From contig CAZICL010000006.1 of the NCBI GenBank assembly GCA_964537735.1, positions 64,989 through 128,988 of the forward strand: a stretch of DNA of 64,000 bases, in the 5' to 3' direction. Of this stretch, positions 10,378-18,261 are shown in pieces. The notes beneath the pieces are model-generated. The model searched no databases and had not been told where the DNA came from. It was given only the letters and a program-made list of their open reading frames with translations. Each line of letters starts with the position of its first letter. Within the stretch, counting starts at the first letter, position 1. The position numbers and the translations under genes are program-made. Source of the stretch: an uncultured Rhizobium sp. GTDB taxonomy: Bacteria > Pseudomonadota > Alphaproteobacteria > Rickettsiales > UBA1997.

Positions 10378-12702
10378 ATGTTTAATGTTGTGAAAAAAGA
10401 AATTGAATGGAATGGCAAAATTTTGTCTTTAGAAACTGGCAAAATTGCCCGTCAAGCCAGTTCAGTTGTTGCCAGATTCGGAAATACTACCGTTCTTTGT
10501 GCTGTTACAGTTGCTGCTAAGGCAGCTGAAGGTGCCGGATTCTTCCCACTTACTGTTAATTATTTAGAAAAATCTTACGCTGCCGGAAAAATTCCTGGTG
10601 GCTTCTTTAAAAGAGAAGCTAAGCCTTCAGAAGCTGCAACTCTTACTTCAAGATTGATTGATCGCCCGATCCGCCCGCTTTTCCCAGAAAATTTTTATAA
10701 TGAAGTTAATGTGGTGTGCACGGTTCTTTCTTATGATCCATCTTGCACTCCTGATATCATCTCATTGATTGGTGCTTCTGCCGCTTTGATGATTTCTGAA
10801 GCTCCATTCGCTGAAGCTGTTGCCGGTGCTAGAGTTGGTTTGATTGATGGCCAATTGGTTTTAAATCCAAGCAATGAAGAAGTTAAAAGTGGTACTTTGG
10901 ATCTTATTGTTGCCGGTACTAAATCTTCAGTTTTGATGGTTGAATCTGAAGCTAAAGAATTAACCGAAGCTCAAATGCTTGAAGCGGTGAATTTTGGTCA
11001 TCAGCAATTCCAACCGATTATTGATTTGATCAATGAATTCGCTGCCGATGCTGGTAAGAAAAAAATCGAAGTTGTACAAGAAGATGTTTCAGCTTTGAAA
11101 AAAGACATGACCGATTTCATCGGTGAGAGATTGATTGCCGCTTTCAAGAAAACTGAAAAGCAAGCTCGTGCTTCTGATTTATCTCAAATCCAATCTGATC
11201 TAAACGCTAAATTTGTTAATGAAGAAGCTGGTGTTTCTAAAACTAAAGTTGCTGCGATTTTCAAAACTTTGGAAAAAGACATCGTACGTAACGACATTTT
11301 AAAAAGCAGCTCACGCATTGATGGTCGTAAGCCTGATCAAATTCGTCAGATTGAAATTGAAGTTGGTTTATTGCCACAAGTTCATGGTTCTGCCTTGTTC
11401 ACCCGCGGTGAAACACAAGCTCTGGTGGTTACCACTCTTGGATCAGCAAAAGACGAGCAAATGGTTGAAGGTTTTGACGGCATGACCAAAGAAGCTTTCA
11501 TGCTGCATTACAACTTCCCTCCTTATTCAGTTGGTGAAACTGGTCAGTTAAAATCTCCAGGACGTCGCGAAATCGGCCACGGAAAATTGGCTTGGAGAGC
11601 TCTAAACCCTGTGTTCCCAGTTAATAACGAGAATTTCTCTTACGTTACTCGCGTGGTTTCTGAAATCACTGAGTCTAACGGTTCATCTTCAATGGCTTCA
11701 GTTTGTGGTGGTTCATTGGCATTGATGGATGCTGGTGTTCCGGTTAAAGCTCCAGTTTCTGGTATTGCCATGGGTTTGATCAAAGAAGGCAATGATTATG
11801 TTATTCTTTCTGATATCATGGGTGATGAAGATCATCTTGGTGATATGGATTTCAAAGTTGCTGGTACAGCAAATGGTATCACTGCTTTGCAAATGGATAT
11901 CAAGATCAATGGCATTAATGCTGAGATTATGCAAAAAGCCCTTGAGCAAGCTCATGCTGGCAGAATTCATATTCTTGATAAAATGGTTGCAGTAATGGGA
12001 GCTCCTAGAACTGAGCTTAATTCCAATGTGCCAAAAGTTGAAGTCATGAATATCCCGCAAAAAAAGATTCGTGATGTGATTGGTTCTCGTGGCCGTGTTA
12101 TTAAAGAAATTTGCTCAGTTTCTGGAGCAGTGGTTGATGTTGATGATGATGGTACTATCAAAATCAGCTCAAACAGTAATGACGCGATCAAAAAAGCTAC
12201 AGCTATGATCAACGAAATTACTTTTGAACCAGAAGTTGGTGATATTTACCAAGGCCCAGTAGTTAAAGTTATTGATGCCGGTGCTTTTGTTAGCATTTCT
12301 AACAATCGTGACGGATTTGTTCATATTTCTGAATTGGCCGAATATCGCGTTGATTTCGTTGAAGACGTTATCAATGAAGGTGATTTGGTAAAAGTTAAAG
12401 TTATCGGTTTTGACAAAAAAGGTCGTCCGAAATTGAGCTATCGCTGTGTTGATCAAAAAACCGGTGAAGATATTTCTGACACTTTGCCACCTCGTCCACA
12501 AATGGATGATCGTGATGATCGTGATGACAGACGCGATCGTGATCGCGGTGGAGATAGAAGAGATAGTGGTGATAGAAGAGGCGGAGATAGACGTGATGAT
12601 CGCCGTGGTGGTGACGATAGAAGACGTGACGATCGCCGTGATCGTGGTGGAGATCGTGATCGCGATGAGCCAGTTAAAAAACGTCGCGGATTTTTTAGTT
12701 AG
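10378..12702 (+). CDS. pnp: polyribonucleotide nucleotidyltransferase (PNPase) with Arg/Asp-rich C-terminal tail
   Basis: 774 aa. It has two RNase PH domains (GRREIGHG), KH and S1 regions, and then a 66-aa DR-rich tail. Confidence 0.97.
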   Translation: MFNVVKKEIEWNGKILSLETGKIARQASSVVARFGNTTVLCAVTVAAKAAEGAGFFPLTVNYLEKSYAAGKIPGGFFKREAKPSEAATLTSRLIDRPIRPLFPENFYNEVNVVCTVLSYDPSCTPDIISLIGASAALMISEAPFAEAVAGARVGLIDGQLVLNPSNEEVKSGTLDLIVAGTKSSVLMVESEAKELTEAQMLEAVNFGHQQFQPIIDLINEFAADAGKKKIEVVQEDVSALKKDMTDFIGERLIAAFKKTEKQARASDLSQIQSDLNAKFVNEEAGVSKTKVAAIFKTLEKDIVRNDILKSSSRIDGRKPDQIRQIEIEVGLLPQVHGSALFTRGETQALVVTTLGSAKDEQMVEGFDGMTKEAFMLHYNFPPYSVGETGQLKSPGRREIGHGKLAWRALNPVFPVNNENFSYVTRVVSEITESNGSSSMASVCGGSLALMDAGVPVKAPVSGIAMGLIKEGNDYVILSDIMGDEDHLGDMDFKVAGTANGITALQMDIKINGINAEIMQKALEQAHAGRIHILDKMVAVMGAPRTELNSNVPKVEVMNIPQKKIRDVIGSRGRVIKEICSVSGAVVDVDDDGTIKISSNSNDAIKKATAMINEITFEPEVGDIYQGPVVKVIDAGAFVSISNNRDGFVHISELAEYRVDFVEDVINEGDLVKVKVIGFDKKGRPKLSYRCVDQKTGEDISDTLPPRPQMDDRDDRDDRRDRDRGGDRRDSGDRRGGDRRDDRRGGDDRRRDDRRDRGGDRDRDEPVKKRRGFFS
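12502..12699 (+). repeat. low-complexity gat/cgt-rich coding repeat (RD/RGG-like tail of PNPase)
   Basis: It translates to MDDRDDRDDRRDRDRGGDRRDSGDRRGGDRRDDRRGGDDRRRDDRRDRGGDRDRDEPVKKRRGFFS. Confidence 0.85.
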
Positions 12703-12781
12703 TCAAAATCACAACGTTAAAAAGAATTGTGTCAGAAAGACTGGGGGAAACCTCGGTTTTTCTGACAAAGTTTATAAATTA

Positions 12782-12806
12782 GGCGGATCAAATGATCCGC
12801 CTTTTT
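12782..12806 (+). terminator. intrinsic terminator after pnp
   Basis: The sequence ggcggatc-aaat-gatccgcc forms a perfect 8-bp stem followed by ttttt. Confidence 0.75.
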
Positions 12807-12818
12807 AATGTCTAAAAT

Positions 12819-13049
12819 ATGCCGATTGCCCAAGAAAATTTAGAAAAAATTTTGCGTGATAACTTTCCGCAAGCGCAGCTAAAAGTGACGGCTTTGGTTG
12901 CTGATGATAATCATTACTCAGTTGAAATTGCTGATAAAATTTTTGCTGGCAAAACAAGAGTTGAACAGCATAAAATTGTAAATAATGCTCTGAAGGAAAT
13001 TTTGGGTGATGTGCTTCACGCCATGCAGCTCAAGACCTCGGCTCAATAA
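12819..13049 (+). CDS. BolA family protein
   Basis: 76 aa. The BolA-like features are the HY.V.I....F.G...V.QH..V pattern and its position directly upstream of a monothiol glutaredoxin. Confidence 0.85.
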   Translation: MPIAQENLEKILRDNFPQAQLKVTALVADDNHYSVEIADKIFAGKTRVEQHKIVNNALKEILGDVLHAMQLKTSAQ

Positions 13050-13066
13050 TTTTTTTAAATGATTTC

Positions 13067-13387
13067 ATGACTGATATTTTGCAAACAATCCAAAACACTA
13101 TTTCTTCCAATAACGTGGTGCTTTACATGAAAGGCAGCAAAGATTTTCCACAATGTGGATTTTCTGCAGCCATAGCTCATGTTTTAAAAAATCTTGGTGT
13201 TGAATTTTTTGACGTTGATGTATTGCGCGATCCGGAAATTCGTCAAGGTATCAAAGATTTTTCTGATTGGCCAACTATCCCACAACTTTATGTTAAAGGT
13301 GAATTTATTGGCGGTTGTGATATTGTGCGTGAAATGTTTCAATCAGGTGAGTTGCAAGAATTGTTTAAAGAGAAAAATATAATTTAG
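13067..13387 (+). CDS. grxD: Grx4-family monothiol glutaredoxin
   Basis: 106 aa. It has the CGFS active site (PQCGFS), WPTIPQLYV.GEFIGGCDI. Confidence 0.93.
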   Translation: MTDILQTIQNTISSNNVVLYMKGSKDFPQCGFSAAIAHVLKNLGVEFFDVDVLRDPEIRQGIKDFSDWPTIPQLYVKGEFIGGCDIVREMFQSGELQELFKEKNII

Positions 13388-13438
13388 TTAAAGGCTGGTT
13401 TACACCACAGTGCCATTCCTTCCCATTTTGTTATTCAC

Positions 13439-14368
13439 ATGTTTGCAATCGAAATCAAAGATCTGTGCAAGACTTACACAAAGTCTAAAAAATCTCCGGA
13501 AAAAATTGCTTTGAAGTCAGTTGATCTGCAAATCAAAAAAGGTTCGTTCTTTGGTCTGTTGGGTCCAAATGGTGCTGGCAAATCAACCATTATAAATATT
13601 TTAGCCGGCTTGGTTAATAAAACTGCGGGCAGTGTGAAAATCGCCGGCATCGACATTGATCAAGATCAGCAAGCCAGTAAATTTAAAATTGGCATTGTAC
13701 CGCAAGAGTTAATCATCGACCCATTTTTTAATGTGCGTGAAACTTTGGAAATTTATGCTGGTTATTTTGGTATTAAGAAATCTGAGCGTCGCAGCGATGA
13801 AATCATCGAAGCTTTAGGACTGAAAGATAAAGCCAAAGCCGCTCCACGCAGCCTCTCTGGTGGAATGCGTCGCCGTCTTCTAGTGGCAAAAGCTTTAGTA
13901 CATAATCCAGAAATTTTAGTGCTGGATGAACCCACCGCTGGTGTTGATGTAGAGCTGCGCAATCAGCTATGGGAATATGTCAAAAAACTTAATAAAGCGG
14001 GCACGACAGTTTTGTTAACTACGCATTATTTAGAAGAAGCCGAAATATTATGTGATGAAATTGCTGTTATTAATCACGGTGCCGTGATTGCCAATGATCG
14101 CAAAGAAAATTTGATGAAACTGCTTTCAAGAAAAGAGTTGGTCATTAGCACGGCAAATGAGATCACTAAGGAGGTTGAAAAATATTTTGGTGAGTTGCCG
14201 CTAAAAATTTTAGCTCCTGATAAAGTTTCTATTACTTACGATCCTGAAAAAGTTGCAGTGGAAAAAATTTTGCGCAGTTGTTTTGATGCCGGAATTCAAA
14301 TCAGCGATATCTCAACAACTCAGCCCGATTTGGAAGAAATTTTTAAACATCTGATCAAAGCAAAATAA
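13439..14368 (+). CDS. ABC transporter ATP-binding protein (ABC-2/drug-exporter-like); no permease gene adjacent
   Basis: 309 aa. It has Walker A GPNGAGKST, the signature LSGGMRRRL and Walker B ILVLDEPT. Confidence 0.9.
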   Translation: MFAIEIKDLCKTYTKSKKSPEKIALKSVDLQIKKGSFFGLLGPNGAGKSTIINILAGLVNKTAGSVKIAGIDIDQDQQASKFKIGIVPQELIIDPFFNVRETLEIYAGYFGIKKSERRSDEIIEALGLKDKAKAAPRSLSGGMRRRLLVAKALVHNPEILVLDEPTAGVDVELRNQLWEYVKKLNKAGTTVLLTTHYLEEAEILCDEIAVINHGAVIANDRKENLMKLLSRKELVISTANEITKEVEKYFGELPLKILAPDKVSITYDPEKVAVEKILRSCFDAGIQISDISTTQPDLEEIFKHLIKAK

Positions 14369-14381
14369 CGGTGAAAAAATC

Positions 14382-15293
14382 ATGAAAGACCTCATCAGCA
14401 TAGATCATCTCAGTCTTGAAGAGATTAATCAAATTCATGATTTAGCGCAAAAATTTTTTAAAAATCCGCACAAACAAAGTGAAGAATTAGCCGGAAAAAT
14501 TTTGGTTAATTTTTTCTTTGAAAACTCCACTCGCACTCGCACCTCATTTGAAGTTGCCGCTATGCGCATGGGTGCGAAAGTAGTAAATATTGATATCTCG
14601 CTGTCATCGTTAAAAAAAGGTGAATCAATCGTGGATACGGCAAAGACTATTAATGCCATGAATCCAGATTTTGTGGCCTTGCGCCACAATTCCAGTGGTA
14701 TTGCTCAGTTGCTAAAAAGATATATGTCGGCATCACTGATTAATGCCGGCGATGGTACTAATGAACATCCCAGCCAGGCATTGCTTGATTCATTTACCAT
14801 TTTACAGCATAAAAAATCTCTCCAAGGCTTGAAAATTGCAATTTGTGGTGACGTCTTACATTCAAGAGTGGCGCGCTCCAACATCAAATTGTTGAAAAAA
14901 TTTGGTTGTGAAATTCGTGTCATCACTTTGCCAACTTTGATCACTTATGATTATAAAAATTGGCTGAAAGAAAATTTTAATGTTGAAGTTTTTGAAAATT
15001 TAGAAGCGGGAATTTCCGGTGTTGATATTGTGATGATGTTGCGCATCCAACAAGAGCGCATGCTAGGGTGTTATATTCCGTCACTCGCAGAATATTTTAA
15101 AATATTCGGTCTTACTCATGAAAAATTAAAAGCGGCTCAACCAGATGTTTTGGTATTGCATCCTGGTCCGATAAATCGTGATGTTGAAATTTCCTCGGCT
15201 TTGGTTGATGACGAGAAGTTCAGTTTGGTATTAGAACAAGTTGAAGCTGGGGTCGCGGTTAGACAAGCTCTGTTACGATTTTTGCAGTCATAA
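14382..15293 (+). CDS. pyrB: aspartate carbamoyltransferase catalytic subunit
   Basis: 303 aa with the motifs STRTRTSFE, HPSQALLD and HPGPINR. Confidence 0.93.
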   Translation: MKDLISIDHLSLEEINQIHDLAQKFFKNPHKQSEELAGKILVNFFFENSTRTRTSFEVAAMRMGAKVVNIDISLSSLKKGESIVDTAKTINAMNPDFVALRHNSSGIAQLLKRYMSASLINAGDGTNEHPSQALLDSFTILQHKKSLQGLKIAICGDVLHSRVARSNIKLLKKFGCEIRVITLPTLITYDYKNWLKENFNVEVFENLEAGISGVDIVMMLRIQQERMLGCYIPSLAEYFKIFGLTHEKLKAAQPDVLVLHPGPINRDVEISSALVDDEKFSLVLEQVEAGVAVRQALLRFLQS

Positions 15294-15546
15294 ATCACTC
15301 ATCTAATTTCTCAAAAATCACCTTGAATTCTTTGTGAAAATCGAGGTCTTTTTTTGAGCAAAAATTTTTAAAAGATTTCTTATTTACAAATAAAAAATTG
15401 TTCTTACTTTGCGCCCTCTTTTTTAAAAATTGCGTTTGAAAAATATGCTGCGAGCCCAGGAAAATCAAGGCTTCGCAAGGCATCAAATTTCAAGCAAAAA
15501 TTAAGTCTTTTATTCTTTTACTTAATTTTAACCATCTAACAAAGAA

Positions 15547-16872
15547 ATGAAACAAGAGCAAGAGTATGACGGGGCGGTGAACTCGAAAATTCACTATCTT
15601 TTTAACACGCAAAAGACCGCCAAGGGATTAGACCAATCTTCCTTAGTTTCAGAAGCAAGTTTCACTAAAAATTTCAGTACAGTTGAAAAAGAGGTAAATG
15701 AATTAAAACCGTCAATTCCGGTTTATTTCGTTCGCCCAAAATCAATCGCTCGTGCTGCTAAATTTTTTCTCACAAATTTTAAAACTGCGAAACTTTCCAG
15801 CGACATTCTCTATTCGGTAAAAAGCAATCCAGATGCTGCCGTTTTGCAACATCTTTTTAATGCTGGAATTAAGCATTTTGATGTTGCATCCATGGCCGAA
15901 GTTAAATTGATCGATGGTCTGTTTGGCGATGCTGTAAAGATGTATTTCATGCATCCGATCAAATCTAGGGAAGCAATTTTTGACGCATATTTTAACCATG
16001 GAATTCGTGATTTCTCTCTCGACTCTATTGACGAACTCAACAAGATTTTAGCAGTTACTAATAACGCTAAAGACCTGGGATTGCATGTGCGCTTGGCGAT
16101 TTCCAATTCTCATGCCGCGATTGATTTGTCGGGTAAATTTGGTATTTTGCCTAGTGAATCGGTAAATTTGGTTAGAAAAACCAGAGCGGCAGCACAACGT
16201 TTTGGTATCTGTTTTCACGTCGGTTCGCAATGTATGGATCCGATTGAATATCGTAATGCTTTAACCATTACCAAAGAAGTGTTGGAACAGGCAAAAGTAA
16301 AGGCTGATGTTATTGACGTGGGCGGAGGTTTTCCTTCGTCTTATCCGGGGATGACACCATCTGACTTACAATCTTATTTCGATGAAATTTTTGATGCCAT
16401 CAATCATCTAGGATTTAAGGATTGCAAAATTTGGTGTGAGCCTGGACGTGCTTTGGTTGCTGAAGCTGGTTCACTGTTAGTTCGCGTTGAAGGCAAGAAA
16501 AAAGGCATGCTTTATTTAAATGATGGCACTTATGGCGGCTTGTTTGACGCTGGTTTTCCTGGCTTCATTTATCCGGTGCGTGCTATTCGAATCAAAAATC
16601 AAGATCCTCTTTCTGCGGTGAATATTCCCGTTGGATTCTATGGACCAACCTGTGATTCGCTGGATGTGATGAAAGGGCCATTTTATTTGCCGGAAAATAT
16701 TGCTGAAGGTGATTATATCGAAATCGGCCAGCTTGGTGCTTATTCTCGTAGCATCAGAACTGATTTTAACGGTTTTAACAAAAATTTGCAGATTGAAGTT
16801 TCTGACGAGCCTTTAATTTCAATGTATAAAGAAGTTGAAGCGCAGCAAGAAGCGGAAGTTGTTGCTGAGTAA
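15547..16872 (+). CDS. type III (alanine-racemase-fold, eukaryote-like) PLP-dependent ornithine/basic amino acid decarboxylase
   Basis: 441 aa. It has the PLP-Lys context YSVKSNP plus DVGGGFP, EPGRALVAEAG and GPTCDSLD. Confidence 0.85.
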   Translation: MKQEQEYDGAVNSKIHYLFNTQKTAKGLDQSSLVSEASFTKNFSTVEKEVNELKPSIPVYFVRPKSIARAAKFFLTNFKTAKLSSDILYSVKSNPDAAVLQHLFNAGIKHFDVASMAEVKLIDGLFGDAVKMYFMHPIKSREAIFDAYFNHGIRDFSLDSIDELNKILAVTNNAKDLGLHVRLAISNSHAAIDLSGKFGILPSESVNLVRKTRAAAQRFGICFHVGSQCMDPIEYRNALTITKEVLEQAKVKADVIDVGGGFPSSYPGMTPSDLQSYFDEIFDAINHLGFKDCKIWCEPGRALVAEAGSLLVRVEGKKKGMLYLNDGTYGGLFDAGFPGFIYPVRAIRIKNQDPLSAVNIPVGFYGPTCDSLDVMKGPFYLPENIAEGDYIEIGQLGAYSRSIRTDFNGFNKNLQIEVSDEPLISMYKEVEAQQEAEVVAE

Positions 16873-16970
16873 TATTAGTAAAAGTAAAAGGCGCCAAGAT
16901 ATTTTGCACAAAAACAGTATGGTTGGCGCCATACCCCTATTCCTTATTTAACCCCTCAATTCAAAGTAAA

Positions 16971-17990
16971 ATGGTTACTAAAAAAGAACTTCTAAGTCGT
17001 GTCGTAAAACATATCGACGTGACTAAATTTGATGCGCGTCCCATCATTGATGCTATGGATCACATGTCTTTCACTTCGCGTGATTTGGCAAGAGCCACTG
17101 AGATTTTCAACATGATGTTGAAAGACAAAAAATGCTCTACAATCCTCACTCTTGCTGGTTCAACTTCTGCTGGCGGTTGCATGAAAGTTTATGCCGACAT
17201 GATTAAATATGGCATGGTTGATGCGATTGTTGCTACTGGTGCATCTATTGTTGACATGGATTTTTTTGAAGCTCTTGGTTTCAAACATTATCAAGGCACT
17301 CCATTCATTGACGACAAATTCTTGCGCAAAAATTATATCGACAGAATTTACGACACCTATATTGATGAAAAAGATTTGCAAAACTGTGATAACACCATTT
17401 TCAAAATCGCTAACTCATTAGAACCTCGTGCTTATTCATCTCGTGAATTTATTTGGGAGATGGGAAAATATCTTAAAAAACATGCTAAGAAAAAAGAGTC
17501 TTTGATTGAGCTTGCTTACGATTATAACGTGCCGATTTTCTGCCCAGCTTTCACGGACTCTTCTGCCGGTTTTGGATTGGTGTTACATCAAGTTAAAAAT
17601 CCTAAAAAGCACATGACGATTGATTCGATAGCTGATTTTAAAGAATTAACCGACATCAAGATTAAAGCCGGAACGACAGGCTTGTTAATGGTTGGTGGCG
17701 GTGTGCCGAAAAACTTTGTGCAAGATACAGTGGTTTGTGCTGAAATTTTGGGTGAAGAAGTGGATATGCACAAATATGCCGTACAAATCACGGTTGCAGA
17801 TTCACGCGATGGCGCATGTTCTTCTTCAACTCTTAAAGAAGCTTGCTCTTGGGGTAAAGTTGATACCACTTTTGAGCAAATGGTTTATGCGGAAGCCACT
17901 TCAGTTATTCCACTTTTGGTCTCTGATGCTTATCACCGTGGCCATTGGAAAAAACGCAGCAGAAGAAATTTTGCTAAGTTATTTGCTTAG
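16971..17990 (+). CDS. deoxyhypusine synthase (DHS)/homospermidine synthase-like protein
   Basis: The DHS-family pattern is present: TLAGSTSAGG, VATGASIVDMD, GGGVPKNF and the active-site lysine context EACSWGKV...VIPLLV. The ATG at 16971 is preferred over the TTG at 16923. Confidence 0.85.
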   Translation: MVTKKELLSRVVKHIDVTKFDARPIIDAMDHMSFTSRDLARATEIFNMMLKDKKCSTILTLAGSTSAGGCMKVYADMIKYGMVDAIVATGASIVDMDFFEALGFKHYQGTPFIDDKFLRKNYIDRIYDTYIDEKDLQNCDNTIFKIANSLEPRAYSSREFIWEMGKYLKKHAKKKESLIELAYDYNVPIFCPAFTDSSAGFGLVLHQVKNPKKHMTIDSIADFKELTDIKIKAGTTGLLMVGGGVPKNFVQDTVVCAEILGEEVDMHKYAVQITVADSRDGACSSSTLKEACSWGKVDTTFEQMVYAEATSVIPLLVSDAYHRGHWKKRSRRNFAKLFA

Positions 17991-18116
17991 GAAAAGATTT
18001 ATATTGTATCTCATAGCTTTGGATTGTTGATTTGATGGGCTAAAACCAATCAGATCAATGGTTCAAAGCTTTTTTATTGCAAGAATGGAATGAGATTTGT
18101 GCGGAATTGGTGTTTA

Positions 18117-18192
18117 AAAGTTGAAAATTCTCTCCTCCCGGCAACTAAAAGCCAGCAACTGAAAGTTGAAAATTCTTTTCATCCCAGCAACT
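18117..18192. repeat. two imperfect ~30-bp direct repeats (aaagttgaaaattct...cc.gcaact) in an orphan intergenic region
   Basis: The copies at 18117-18146 and 18162-18192 were read directly. The motif gcaact occurs three times. Confidence 0.6.
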
Positions 18193-18212
18193 TCTGGTTG
18201 CTTTTATTTTTT
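18186..18212 (+). terminator. terminator-like hairpin with T-run and no obvious upstream gene
   Basis: The sequence agcaac-ttctg-gttgct is followed by tttatttttt. Confidence 0.5.
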
Positions 18213-18261
18213 ATAACATAAAAGAGTGGAAAGCATGGATTAACTATCTTTGCTAAACCGC

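Noticed and set aside
12446-12808. 120-aa plus-strand ORF rich in V/I/E/D
   Set aside because: It is an alternative frame of the gat/cgt microrepeat encoding the PNPase tail, and it runs through the pnp terminator.
13439-14368. ABC ATPase as the missing ccmA partner of ccmB
   Set aside because: At 309 aa with an extra C-terminal domain, it fits ABC-2/drug-exporter ATPases rather than the ~200-aa CcmA. It is also 46 kb from ccmB.
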